A stretch of DNA of 64,000 bases from Nanobdellota archaeon. GTDB taxonomy: Archaea; Nanobdellota; Nanobdellia; Pacearchaeales; GW2011-AR1. The DNA lies in contig JAHIWS010000021.1 in the NCBI GenBank assembly GCA_018815925.1, positions 25,641-89,640 of the forward strand. Reading direction: 5' to 3'. This document shows positions 10,462 to 20,485 of this stretch, one piece after another. Within the stretch, counting starts at the first letter, position 1. Every line of letters begins with the position of its first letter. Made by a program: the position numbers and the translations under genes. The notes beneath the pieces were generated by a model. That model had not been told where the DNA came from and did no database searches. It worked only from the letters and a program-made list of their open reading frames with translations.

Positions 10462-10846
10462 AATAAAAAAGATAATAAAAAAAACAAAAAGATAATAAAA
10501 ATAAATAAAATTATTGTTGGTACAAGTGATTTTTCATAAACCTTTAATTCTAATTTCCTGTTTCCAGATATCAATAGTGAGGAAATAAACAAATCCAGCA
10601 CCAACCCAATCCCAAGCCAAACAAAGCCAACACATAAATATTTTTACCTATGAAAATTAAAATAAATATTGCAATAAGAATAAAAATAATTCCATAGTGT
10701 AAATGATGAATTTGTAAACCTGTCTTTCTCCTCAACCAAAATTCTTTAAAATAAGCAGGGTGAATAACATACATAATCCTATAATAAATTAAGGGGAATA
10801 ACAAAAATATAATGAAAGTTAATAATTCATTCATTCTAAGCTTCAC
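10458..10846 (-). pseudogene. Small multi-TM membrane protein (IHHLHYG motif) with an apparent frameshift near 10605
   Basis: Adding one G in TTGGGTTGG gives GLGLGLVLDLFISSLL...VPTIILFIFIIFLFFLLSFLF* ending at 10458. Confidence 0.6.
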
Positions 10847-11246
10847 TTATATCTAAATAATTTTCATATGCTGTAAGCACTAATTTCTTTGTTCCCTCTG
10901 TTATAGAAATTGTTCCCTGAATTGGAACATCACTCCTAAAAATTTCTCTATTATCACCTGAACTAGTACTTGTAACAACTAAAATATATTCATCATAGAT
11001 CGTAATCTCCCCTATGCCTGCTGGTAAAAAAAGACTAATAGAGGTCTTACTAGGCTCTCCTGAAAAAAACACTGATTCAGCTGAATTCAAAAGTTGGGTA
11101 AAAAAACTTTCTACCTGATTTAATTTAATTCGATCCTTTATCTTATCAGAATAAAACATAGCAATGACTAAAACAGACATAACAGCAAAAGTAACAAAAC
11201 TAATAACAATCATATATTCTATTCCAACTTGCGCTTTTTTCACCAT
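10836..11246 (-). CDS. Type IV pilin-like protein
   Basis: KKA/QVGIEYMIVI class III signal. Confidence 0.85.
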   Translation of the reverse strand: MVKKAQVGIEYMIVISFVTFAVMSVLVIAMFYSDKIKDRIKLNQVESFFTQLLNSAESVFFSGEPSKTSISLFLPAGIGEITIYDEYILVVTSTSSGDNREIFRSDVPIQGTISITEGTKKLVLTAYENYLDISEA

Positions 11247-11322
11247 TTTTTAGTAAACTTTATATAACTACTCATCTAATAAATATTAAAATAAGTATAT
11301 AAACATTTTCAGAAAAAAGATA

Positions 11323-11838
11323 ATGAAAAAAAGAGTTTTTTTAATAGTGCTAATTGTTATAATAATTTTATCAGGATTAAATATTTTATTATTTACAAAC
11401 AAAGGAACAATATCTTATGCATCAATTTCAGGAAGAATTACAGATAGCGATAAACCTCTTCCAATGGGAATAAGTATATCAGTAATAGCATTTATTATAC
11501 AGTGGATAATACTTTTATCTTTGCTATTTTTTGCCTATAGTAAATTTGTAAAACATAAAAAAATAGAAGAATTAAAAATAAATACCCCCTTAATAAAAAA
11601 GAAGAAAACAAAATCAGAAACAGATTTAGATATTTTATATGAATTATTAAAAGATAAAAAAAACCTAAGCATAAATTCTATTGGAAAAGTCTTTGACATT
11701 ACAAAAGAAAAAGCTCTAGAGTGGTCAAAAATTCTAGAGAATCATGAATTAGTAAGAATAGAATATCCTGCTTTCAATCCTCCAGAGGTAAGAATAAATG
11801 AAAAAGGAACAAAAGAAAATAATCAAAAAACTGTCTAA
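11323..11838 (+). CDS. Two-TM protein with a possible C-terminal winged-helix-like domain
   Basis: Two hydrophobic segments; ETDLDILYELLK..LSINSIGKVFDITKEKALEWSKILE; first gene of the pilus ATPase operon. Confidence 0.6.
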   Translation: MKKRVFLIVLIVIIILSGLNILLFTNKGTISYASISGRITDSDKPLPMGISISVIAFIIQWIILLSLLFFAYSKFVKHKKIEELKINTPLIKKKKTKSETDLDILYELLKDKKNLSINSIGKVFDITKEKALEWSKILENHELVRIEYPAFNPPEVRINEKGTKENNQKTV

Positions 11839-13918
11839 AATACAAACAAACAAAAAGAAAACTTTTAAAAATAAATTAAAAAATAATTTTTTAACAAAAA
11901 AAAGACAGTTAGTAAAAACCAAACAACTATTTAGGCCAGATGAAAAAAAAACAGATTTCCAACCAAACATATCAGAAAATTATCAGTTAAACATAGACAA
12001 AGCAGTAGTAAATATCAAAATAAGTAAAACAGAAGAAGGATTAACTTATAGTCTTTTTATTCCTGAAATAGAAAAAGGAACAGAAGCTTTATTAGATGAT
12101 ATAAGGAAAGACCTCATCACAATTACAAGCATTTCAATAGGTGAAATGGCTGATAAAAAAGCTGTTGAAAAAATAAAAAATAGATTCATAACTGATGCCC
12201 ATAACTTATTAAGAAAAAAAGTTCCCGACATTCAAATTGAAACCCAAGATTTTCTAATTGGGATGTTAATGCAAGAAATGCTTGGCTTAGGAAAAATAGA
12301 ATTCCTCATAAATGACCCTCAACTAGAAGAAATTGTAATTACCAGCAGTAAAGAACCAATAAGAATCTATCACAAAAAATATGGATGGCTTAAAACCAAC
12401 ATAATTCCAAAATCAGAAGATGAAATAGTAAATTATTCTAATATAATTGCAAGAAGAGTTGGAAGACAGATAAATGTTTTGGAACCCCTTCTTGATGCTC
12501 ATGTTGTTACAGGTGACAGAGCCAATGCAGTCCTATATCCTATTTCAACAAAAGGAAATACAATAACAATAAGAAAATTTGCAAGAGATCCTTTTACTAT
12601 TGCACATTTAATTGAAAACAAAACAGTAAGTATAGAAATAGCTTCCTTATTATGGCTTGCAATAGAATATGAGATGAATGTCCTAATTTCAGGAGGAACA
12701 GCTTCTGGAAAAACTGTTTTTCTTAATGCATGTATGCCTTTTATCCCTCCAAACCATAGGGTAATTAGTATGGAAGACACTAGGGAATTAATGTTGCCTG
12801 AATTCTTATATTGGTGCCCCCTTGTGACAAGAACTGCAAATCCTGAAGGAAAAGGAGAAGTTTCTATGTTAGATTTACTTGTAAACTCCTTAAGAATGAG
12901 ACCTGATAGAATAGTTCTAGGAGAAATAAGAAGACAAAAAGAAGCAGAAGTTTTATTTGAAGCTATGCATACTGGACACTCAGTATATGCAACTGTCCAT
13001 GCAGATACTGCAAATGAAACAATAAGGAGACTAACTAATCCTCCTATTAATGTTCCCCCAAATATGCTAGGTAATGTAAATCTAAATGTAGTAATGTTCA
13101 GAGACAGAAAAAGAGGTTTAAGAAGAACATCCCAAGTAGCAGAATTTATGCCTGGTAAAGAAAAAATTACTGCAAACATACTTCACAGATGGATTCCAGA
13201 AACAGATCAATTTGTAATTCACAATACAAGTCTATCTCTTTTTGATGAACTAGGAAGACATACAGGAATGTCAGAAAAAGAAATTCAAGAAAATCTAGAT
13301 AAAAAGAAAAAAATTCTAGAATGGACTATCAAAAACAAACTAAATGATTTAAAAACTATTGGAAAAATAATGAATCTTTATTATATGAATAAAGAAAAAC
13401 TTTATGACATAATAAAAAATAACTCAATAGATAAACTAAAAGAACCTAAAAAAATAGTTCCTCAAAAAATAAAACTAGAACCAAAACTAACTCCAAAACC
13501 AGAAATCAAAAATGAACCTTTTAAAAAGGTTGTCAAACCAGAAGAAGAAATAAGAAAGGAAAAGTTTGAAATTCCAATGATAAAAAAGGAAATAAAACCA
13601 CTTTCACAATTAAAAATTAAAGAATTGCCTCAACAACCCACATTCAAAGCAGAAAAAAAATTAATTCCTCCATTAGAATCAGAATATCTAAAAAGAAATT
13701 TATATCAACAACAACTCCAAAAACCAAAAACCCAACAAACACCTCAAAAACCAAGAATAAGAGAGGAGTACAAAAGAATTCCTGAAAAAATACAACCAAA
13801 AAATTCCCATCCCTCTAATGAAATGGATAAAATGAGAGAAGAAATAATGAAAATAGAGGGAGAATTAAAAAATTCTAAATTAAGAATAAGGAAAAAATAT
13901 CAAAAAGGAGGATTCTAA
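11798..13918 (+). CDS. Type IV pilus/type II secretion assembly ATPase (CpaF/TadA/ArlI family)
   Basis: Walker A GGTASGKT, MEDTRE, LRMRPDRIVLGEIR, TGHSVYATVHA; long low-complexity C-terminal tail. Confidence 0.93.
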   Translation: MKKEQKKIIKKLSKIQTNKKKTFKNKLKNNFLTKKRQLVKTKQLFRPDEKKTDFQPNISENYQLNIDKAVVNIKISKTEEGLTYSLFIPEIEKGTEALLDDIRKDLITITSISIGEMADKKAVEKIKNRFITDAHNLLRKKVPDIQIETQDFLIGMLMQEMLGLGKIEFLINDPQLEEIVITSSKEPIRIYHKKYGWLKTNIIPKSEDEIVNYSNIIARRVGRQINVLEPLLDAHVVTGDRANAVLYPISTKGNTITIRKFARDPFTIAHLIENKTVSIEIASLLWLAIEYEMNVLISGGTASGKTVFLNACMPFIPPNHRVISMEDTRELMLPEFLYWCPLVTRTANPEGKGEVSMLDLLVNSLRMRPDRIVLGEIRRQKEAEVLFEAMHTGHSVYATVHADTANETIRRLTNPPINVPPNMLGNVNLNVVMFRDRKRGLRRTSQVAEFMPGKEKITANILHRWIPETDQFVIHNTSLSLFDELGRHTGMSEKEIQENLDKKKKILEWTIKNKLNDLKTIGKIMNLYYMNKEKLYDIIKNNSIDKLKEPKKIVPQKIKLEPKLTPKPEIKNEPFKKVVKPEEEIRKEKFEIPMIKKEIKPLSQLKIKELPQQPTFKAEKKLIPPLESEYLKRNLYQQQLQKPKTQQTPQKPRIREEYKRIPEKIQPKNSHPSNEMDKMREEIMKIEGELKNSKLRIRKKYQKGGF

Positions 13919-14800
13919 ATGAAATTCAGAATTCCCTTATCTATCACTTCTGATATAGAAATTTTAAAAAGAAGAAGTAAAAATTTTGTTAAATTCACCA
14001 ATCCAAAACCAAGTAAATTAGATGAATATCTAAAAGACACTGATGCAAATATTAACAGAAGACAATACCTAGCAATTTGTTATAGATATTTTGTATTTAA
14101 TTTATTGACATTAACTGTTATATCTACCTCGTTATTTGGCATTTTTCAAGCAAGATTGTTCTATATTTATGGACTAATTCCTGCATTTTTAATTTCAGGA
14201 TTTATTTTGGCAAACCAAGCTTATCATCCAAAAATGTATTCTATGAACAAAGCCAAAAACATTGAAAAAAATTTAATTTCAGTTCTTCAAGATATGTTGG
14301 TGCAATTAAATTCAGGGATTCCTATGTTCAGAATTCTTGTTAATATTGCAGAAGCAGACTATCAAGAAGCAAGCAAAGTATTTGGAAATATAGTAAAAGA
14401 AATAAATACAGGAATTTCCCATATAGAAGCTATAGAAAAATATGGAAAATCAACAAATTCCCAATATCTCAAAAGAGTTCTTTGGCAGATTAGCAATGGT
14501 ATGAGATCTGGAAGTGATATGACACAAATAATAAAAGAGGGTATTAAATCACTAGTAGAAGAACAAACAATTCAAACACAACAATACGGGGGAAGGCTTA
14601 ACCCCTTAATTATGTTTTATATGCTAATTGCAGTAATTTTGCCTGCACTAGGGATTACTTTTTTAATAATTATTTCATCAATATTAAGCCTAGAAGAAAA
14701 AATAATGCAAGGTATTTTTGCCGGAATTTTTGGGGTTGTTGTTTTGATCCAAATCATGTTCCTAGGTGCAATTAAATCAAGGAGACCAAGTTTATTATGA
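13919..14800 (+). CDS. Type II secretion system F family (TadB/TadC-like) membrane protein
   Basis: Follows the ATPase; T2SSF-like helical domain and TM segments. Confidence 0.85.
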   Translation: MKFRIPLSITSDIEILKRRSKNFVKFTNPKPSKLDEYLKDTDANINRRQYLAICYRYFVFNLLTLTVISTSLFGIFQARLFYIYGLIPAFLISGFILANQAYHPKMYSMNKAKNIEKNLISVLQDMLVQLNSGIPMFRILVNIAEADYQEASKVFGNIVKEINTGISHIEAIEKYGKSTNSQYLKRVLWQISNGMRSGSDMTQIIKEGIKSLVEEQTIQTQQYGGRLNPLIMFYMLIAVILPALGITFLIIISSILSLEEKIMQGIFAGIFGVVVLIQIMFLGAIKSRRPSLL

Positions 14801-15759
14801 ATCTCTTAAAAATATATCCTGAAAAATTCAGAGAAAATTACAAAAAAAACATAAAAAACGCAGGAATAGAAAAAGCACCAGAAGAATACCATAATTTTAT
14901 TTTTAAATTAAGCCTTATAATTGCGTTAATTTCGATTAGTTTTTTTTACTTCCTAAAAATAAATCTAATTTATTCTTTAGGAATTTTTATTCTTTTAAAT
15001 ATTTTCTTTTATTTTAAAACAAATCTAAAAGCAACTACAAGAATAAAAAAAATGGAGATTCTATTCCCAGATGTTATCTCTTTAATGGCAAGTAATTTAA
15101 GATCAGGAATAACAATTGAGAGAGCATTTTTACTTGCAGCAAGACCTGAATTTGCTCCATTAGATAAGGAAATATTAAATGCAGGTAAAGATATTACAAC
15201 AGGTATAGAAATTGTACATTCACTAAAAAAAATGAGTGAAAAAATAAATTCTGAAAAAATATCTAAAATAATAAATCTAATAAATTCTGGATTAAAAGCA
15301 GGAGGAAACATTGCAGATTTATTAGAACAAACATCATCTAATATGAAAGAAAAAGAAGTCCTAGAAAAAAAAGCAGCTTCAACAACCCTAATGTATGTAA
15401 TATTTATTTTTGTTGCAGTGGCAATAGGTGCACCAGTATTATTTGCATTAAGCTCTGTACTAGTTGAAGTGGTAATAAGTCTTGCTGAAAGGGTTCCTGA
15501 CGCAGGCAATATTCAAATGAACCTCCCACTCACATTTAGCAAAGTAGCTATATCAGTAAATTTCATTATTTATTTTGCAATATTCTTTATGATTGTCACA
15601 GATTTTATATCTTGCCATGTAATAGGTGTGGTAAACAAAGGTGAGGGAAAAGCAGGATTAAAATATTTTTTACCAATTATAGCAATAAGTATCTTACTCT
15701 TTTTCTTAATAAGAAAATTTGCATCTGGATTATTACTAGGTGTATTAACATCTACTTAG
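14797..15759 (+). CDS. Type II secretion system F family (TadC/ArlJ-like) membrane protein
   Basis: FPDVISLMASNLRSG..ARPEFAPL..AGGNIADLL; TM segments. Confidence 0.88.
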   Translation: MNLLKIYPEKFRENYKKNIKNAGIEKAPEEYHNFIFKLSLIIALISISFFYFLKINLIYSLGIFILLNIFFYFKTNLKATTRIKKMEILFPDVISLMASNLRSGITIERAFLLAARPEFAPLDKEILNAGKDITTGIEIVHSLKKMSEKINSEKISKIINLINSGLKAGGNIADLLEQTSSNMKEKEVLEKKAASTTLMYVIFIFVAVAIGAPVLFALSSVLVEVVISLAERVPDAGNIQMNLPLTFSKVAISVNFIIYFAIFFMIVTDFISCHVIGVVNKGEGKAGLKYFLPIIAISILLFFLIRKFASGLLLGVLTST

Positions 15760-15793
15760 GAATATTTAAAAAACAAAGTATCTTTTAAATAAT

Positions 15794-16837
15794 ATGGGAA
15801 AAAAAACAACTAAAAAAAAGAAGGGTGTAAAGAAAAAACCATTAAAAAGAATTTCTAGAAAAAAGACTCTTAAAAAGAAAAGTAAGATTAAGGAAAAACC
15901 TAAGAAAAAAACTAATAAAAAGAAATCTTCTCAAGTAACTAAGAAAAAACAAACCAGACCCTCACGAATACAGTCCATTTTGTCTAAGCACATCCAAAGC
16001 AAAGAAAAACCAATACAAACAATAGAAAAACCTACGCTTCTTCCAGAAAGAATTTTACAAAGACCAAAAACAAGGTTCATTAGAAATATTGTAAAAAATT
16101 CAAAAGGAGTTCTAAGAAGAACAAATATAATATCAAAACTACCAAAAATAGGAACAGGAATTTCTGGATTTGATCAAATAAGTGAAGGAGGATTTGAAAA
16201 AGAATCAATTAATCTAGTTATTGGGGGAAGTGGGAGTGGAAAAACTATTTTTGCTTTGCGTTTTTTATTAGAAGGAGTAAAAAGAGGTGAAACAGTTTTA
16301 TATGTAAGTTTTGAAGAAAAGAAAAAAGAATTCTACAACAACATGGGAAAATTAGGATGGGATTTACAAAGATTAGAAAATTCAGGAAAATTTATTTTCC
16401 TTGAGTACTCTCCTGAAAAAGTGAAAATGACTCTTGATGAAGGAGGGGGTACAATTGAAACCCTTATCCTAAGGCACAAAATAACAAGAATGGTCATGGA
16501 TAGTATTACTAGTTTTTCATTATTATTTGAAGATGCTTTATCAAAAAAACAAGCAAACCTAGGATTATTTGATATAATAAATAAATGGAACACAACCACC
16601 CTTCTTACAGTCCAGCATGACCCTTTAAAAGGAAAAAGTGAGGATGTTTCTACAATAGAATTTGAAGCAGACAGCATAACTCTTTTATATTTCACAAAAG
16701 TAAGGGGAGAAAGAAAAAGATTTATTGAAATCCTAAAAATGCGTGGAACAAATCATTCAAAAGATACCTATATGTTTGAAATAGGCAGAGGAGGAATAGT
16801 GATTGGAAGACAAATAAATCTTAAAAAATTTATTTAA
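15794..16837 (+). CDS. KaiC/RAD55-family ATPase with Lys-rich N-terminal extension
   Basis: TGISGFD, GGSGSGKT, YVSFEE, MDSIT, EILKMRGTNH. Confidence 0.88.
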   Translation: MGKKTTKKKKGVKKKPLKRISRKKTLKKKSKIKEKPKKKTNKKKSSQVTKKKQTRPSRIQSILSKHIQSKEKPIQTIEKPTLLPERILQRPKTRFIRNIVKNSKGVLRRTNIISKLPKIGTGISGFDQISEGGFEKESINLVIGGSGSGKTIFALRFLLEGVKRGETVLYVSFEEKKKEFYNNMGKLGWDLQRLENSGKFIFLEYSPEKVKMTLDEGGGTIETLILRHKITRMVMDSITSFSLLFEDALSKKQANLGLFDIINKWNTTTLLTVQHDPLKGKSEDVSTIEFEADSITLLYFTKVRGERKRFIEILKMRGTNHSKDTYMFEIGRGGIVIGRQINLKKFI

Positions 16838-16918
16838 TTTCTTATTTCCTATTCAAATAAAAAACACTGCTCAGCAAAGCTTCACAATTAATAAAAAAAT
16901 CAACTAGTTCTAGGGATC

Positions 16919-17980
16919 TTAATTTCTTAAAATGCTCTTATCCAAATCACTTTTACTAACTTTTTTAAGACTAGACTGAAATTTTTTTACAAATTTAGAT
17001 AATTCTTCAAACAACCTTTCTTTAACATCTTTTGTTAATATTTTTCCAGATTTGTAATCTTCAACAAGATTCTTACTTTGTTTTTCATCTAAAAATAATT
17101 TAGTCAAATAAAAGCAAGAAACATCTTTGTCAGAATCTGCTCCTTTTTTTCTCTGCTCTTCAGCTGTAACTGCTCCACCACTAAAAGCCCTATTAACCTT
17201 TTTCTTTATCACCTCTAAACTATCATTTAAAAAAATAGCATTATTTTTTGATTTAGACATTTTTTTCCCATCTATTCCTGGAAGAAAAAAACTATGAAGA
17301 ATTGCTGGTAATCTATATCCAAATTTACGTGCAACATCTCTTGAAATCCTTATGTGAGCATCTTCATCAGGCCCAATTATAACTAAAACATTTTTAATAT
17401 TAAATTTTTCTTGTGGAAACAAAACATGTGCGGACTGAACAGCCGGATAAAAATACATCCCAGGATTATCTTCATTTTTATACCCATAAGTAGCTTTAAT
17501 TTCAGAAAGGGTTATTTTTTTAGAAAGTTTAACTGCAAAATTATAAATATCTGTGTATATCTGATCAATTATAAAAAAAGTATTCTTAGGATCAAACCCA
17601 TAAGCTATTAATTCTTTAGCTAATTCTAAGGAATTTTTTAATGCTTCTTCTTGATCTTTTACTTTTCCAGTAATATAACTCTCATCGTCAGAGATAGGGA
17701 TAAAAACAGGAAGCTTATATTTTTTCTGGAAAAAAAGATTTGTATCAAAAACAGGTTTATGTCCTAAATGTATTGTTCCTGAAGCATTAAACCCAGAAAG
17801 AATAGCACATTTTTCACCTTTTTTTAAAGCAGAAAAAAATTTATCAAAATCTCTGTGAGAATAAATAAGATTTTTCTGAAAAGTATAAAATTGAGGCAGT
17901 TTACCTAATTTGGATATACGCACAGCTCCAAATTTCTCCACGAGCTTCCTATTATCTTCTTCTAAATTATTAATATCCAT
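16919..17980 (-). CDS. trpS: Tryptophan--tRNA ligase
   Basis: HLGH and KMSKS signatures; AFSGG...GAD archaeal/eukaryal C-terminus. Confidence 0.92.
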   Translation of the reverse strand: MDINNLEEDNRKLVEKFGAVRISKLGKLPQFYTFQKNLIYSHRDFDKFFSALKKGEKCAILSGFNASGTIHLGHKPVFDTNLFFQKKYKLPVFIPISDDESYITGKVKDQEEALKNSLELAKELIAYGFDPKNTFFIIDQIYTDIYNFAVKLSKKITLSEIKATYGYKNEDNPGMYFYPAVQSAHVLFPQEKFNIKNVLVIIGPDEDAHIRISRDVARKFGYRLPAILHSFFLPGIDGKKMSKSKNNAIFLNDSLEVIKKKVNRAFSGGAVTAEEQRKKGADSDKDVSCFYLTKLFLDEKQSKNLVEDYKSGKILTKDVKERLFEELSKFVKKFQSSLKKVSKSDLDKSILRN

Positions 17981-18022
17981 AAATAAGAAAAACAGAAGAA
18001 GTTTATAAAGATTTCACACTAA

Positions 18023-18466
18023 TTATGGTACCTGTGCATTGCTTAATATTTCTTGCACTTCTTCATAAGTCATTGTCTGAAGACCAGATTCTTTAGCAGG
18101 ATTAGAGCACACACCAACTTGCTCAACAGGAACAGGTCCTGCTTTATATAAATAAAACATTAAATAAGTTACATCAAACATATTAACAAGACCATTATTA
18201 TTAACATCACCACAAGAAGTAATTGGATTACAAAAAGGTGCAGACCCTCCTTTGCATAAATAAGATATTAAATAGATTACATCAAACATATTGACTGTTT
18301 TATCTCCATTTGCATCTGCACATAATGGTGTAAAAGGAGAAAAAGATATTTCCCCATCATTCATAAAATTATCAAACTCCACAGCAAAAAATACCTCAAG
18401 AATTAAAATTCCCATCAAAAAACTAATCAACCATTCCTCCTTACCCATGAACTTTCCAAGCACCAT
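18023..18466 (-). CDS. Membrane-anchored or secreted dockerin type I-like protein
   Basis: N-terminal hydrophobic helix; duplicated Ca-binding loops DANGDKTVNMFDVIYL and DVNNNGLVNMFDVTYL. Confidence 0.75.
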   Translation of the reverse strand: MVLGKFMGKEEWLISFLMGILILEVFFAVEFDNFMNDGEISFSPFTPLCADANGDKTVNMFDVIYLISYLCKGGSAPFCNPITSCGDVNNNGLVNMFDVTYLMFYLYKAGPVPVEQVGVCSNPAKESGLQTMTYEEVQEILSNAQVP

Positions 18467-18483
18467 ATGTTTTTAAAGGTTAT

Positions 18484-18509
18484 AGAAGTATAAGCTTTGT
18501 TTAATAAGT
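18484..18509. repeat. Left target-site duplication plus left TIR
   Basis: AGAAGTATA + A + GCTTTGTTTAATAAGT. Confidence 0.9.
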
Positions 18510-18528
18510 AGATTCTGTTTAAAAAGTC

Positions 18529-19221
18529 CTAATTTCTTTTATATATAACTTTCTCTCTCCAACTATCTAATTCTACTAATTTTTTTATATCAAATCTTAT
18601 ATGTTCTAAATCTGTGCCTGTTTTTGGATATGATTTAACTCCTGCAATAATTGTTTTGTGTGTTGGAAAAAATTGCCCATTAGGAATACAGATAAAAGAG
18701 ATTTCTTCTACGAGATTACTTTGTGACCAAGTAACTCTTAAAATATAACTAAGATTAGGCACTTTTCCAAAAAGTTTATGATTTTCATATCTATGTAATT
18801 TAGGTTTCCAAATAAATTTCTTTCCATCTCCCTTTATCACCTCATGGGCATTATCAAAGTCAAAAGATGTCTGATTTTGCCTTATATCTATTCTATTACT
18901 CCTCTCTCTTGCGTCACCATCAGTATCTAAAATAGTTTTAGCGTCTATATGAATAATTGCATCCCCACACTCATAACAACTATCTGAAGCACCAGACATA
19001 GAAGCTACACCCCAATCTAAACGCCTTGCAATCATTGCATTCATTATATTTTCTGAAGCAGTTTCAATAGGATTAACCTTATTTGTAGGTAGATAATCAG
19101 GCATATTTTTTTGGCTGTTAATCTCATTGACAAATCTTCCAATATTATTAGAAAGGATATTACAAATAACATCCATATATTTTTTTTCTAAGTGTTCAAG
19201 ATGGGAGTTGTCTAACACCAT
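18529..19221 (-). CDS. Putative type II restriction endonuclease (PD-(D/E)xK, BglI/SfiI-like)
   Basis: SD..(x)n..IIHIDAKT core and NQTS motif; overlaps the end of a C5 methyltransferase gene. Confidence 0.7.
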   Translation of the reverse strand: MVLDNSHLEHLEKKYMDVICNILSNNIGRFVNEINSQKNMPDYLPTNKVNPIETASENIMNAMIARRLDWGVASMSGASDSCYECGDAIIHIDAKTILDTDGDARERSNRIDIRQNQTSFDFDNAHEVIKGDGKKFIWKPKLHRYENHKLFGKVPNLSYILRVTWSQSNLVEEISFICIPNGQFFPTHKTIIAGVKSYPKTGTDLEHIRFDIKKLVELDSWREKVIYKRN

Positions 19222-20485
19222 TAAATAGTGTAGTATTTACCATTTTTAACTCTTCCCATTTTTTTTCAGGGTTATTATTTACTACATATTTCTTTATGGT
19301 TTTAGCTAAGTGTTCTCCAATTAAGGGTGGAACTGCATTACCTATTTGCCTATGTTGGCTTGATAAACTCCCATAAAATATAAAATCATCTGGAAAACTC
19401 TGTAATATTGCACATTCTCTCGCTGTTAATCTTCTTTTTCTATTTACATGAATTTCTGGAACACTTGCTGTTATTGTGTCGCTTGGTCTATCCCAATTAG
19501 TAACTCTTAAAGATTGCTCAAATTTTATTTTTCTTTCTTCAACCTCTGTAACCATTTTATCGTATTTATCATCAAAGCCCAAAATCTTTTTTAGTTTAGC
19601 CCAATCTTTTGGAGATGGAATTGAGCCAGATATATCTTTCCTAAACCAATGTCCCGCAGTATGTCTATAACCTAAAATCTTATCTATCTTATGCGTTGTG
19701 ATTTTTGCTTTTGCTCTCCACATTTTAAGATAATCACAAATCTCTGCCTGATTAACTTCGTTCTTTCTGGCAATATACTTTCCACTAACTTTTTTTGAAC
19801 CAATGTGATTAGGAATAAGTTTACCTTCTTCTGTGTGTGGTTCTGGTAAATGTCCTATTGCATCTTTTACAGAAATAACATGAGGTAATTTATTGTAATC
19901 CTCTGGTTTAATAAAATCAGGAATTGGTGTTTTATATCCATTCTTATGAGTTATCTTTGGAAATGTATTTGGTGCGTTTATTCTGTTGCCCATAATAATA
20001 ACTCTTTCTCTAAATTGTGGAACGCCATAATAAGCACAATTTATAATAAATGGCTTTTCTACTTTGTAACCTATTGAATTAAAATCTTTTATAATCATCT
20101 CAATAACTTTCCCATTACCTAATGATAAAATTCCCTTGACATTCTCTGCGATGAAAAATTTAGGTTGAGTTTCCCTTATTATTCTCAACATCTCCTTATA
20201 CAAGAAGTTTCTTTTGTCTTTTACATTTCTTTTATTGTTAGCAACTGAAAAACCCTGACAAGGGAAACCCCCTAATAAAACATCTGCATTTTTAGGAATT
20301 TCAGAACTGGGTATTTTAGTTATATCGCCTAAAACAATACGATTATCAATATTTTTTTTATAAGTTTCAACACTATCTCTATCAAAATCATTAGCCCAAA
20401 TTATTTCGTATCCTGCTTTCTTAAATCCTAAATCTAATCCCCCACAACCCGAAAACAGACTAACAACTTTTGGTTTATTTGCCAT
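19196..20485 (-). CDS. DNA (cytosine-5)-methyltransferase with an HTH-like insertion
   Basis: SLFSGCGG, GGFPCQGFS, AENVKG, PQFRERV, LTARECAILQSFPD, QIGNAVPP. Confidence 0.96.
   Translation of the reverse strand: MANKPKVVSLFSGCGGLDLGFKKAGYEIIWANDFDRDSVETYKKNIDNRIVLGDITKIPSSEIPKNADVLLGGFPCQGFSVANNKRNVKDKRNFLYKEMLRIIRETQPKFFIAENVKGILSLGNGKVIEMIIKDFNSIGYKVEKPFIINCAYYGVPQFRERVIIMGNRINAPNTFPKITHKNGYKTPIPDFIKPEDYNKLPHVISVKDAIGHLPEPHTEEGKLIPNHIGSKKVSGKYIARKNEVNQAEICDYLKMWRAKAKITTHKIDKILGYRHTAGHWFRKDISGSIPSPKDWAKLKKILGFDDKYDKMVTEVEERKIKFEQSLRVTNWDRPSDTITASVPEIHVNRKRRLTARECAILQSFPDDFIFYGSLSSQHRQIGNAVPPLIGEHLAKTIKKYVVNNNPEKKWEELKMVNTTLFNGVRQLPS

Noticed and set aside
12499..13179. Long antisense ORFs (also 15009-15509, 16333-16695, 35240-35560, 26505-26855 and others)
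   Set aside because: They lie opposite well-supported genes and show no motifs; they are shadow ORFs.
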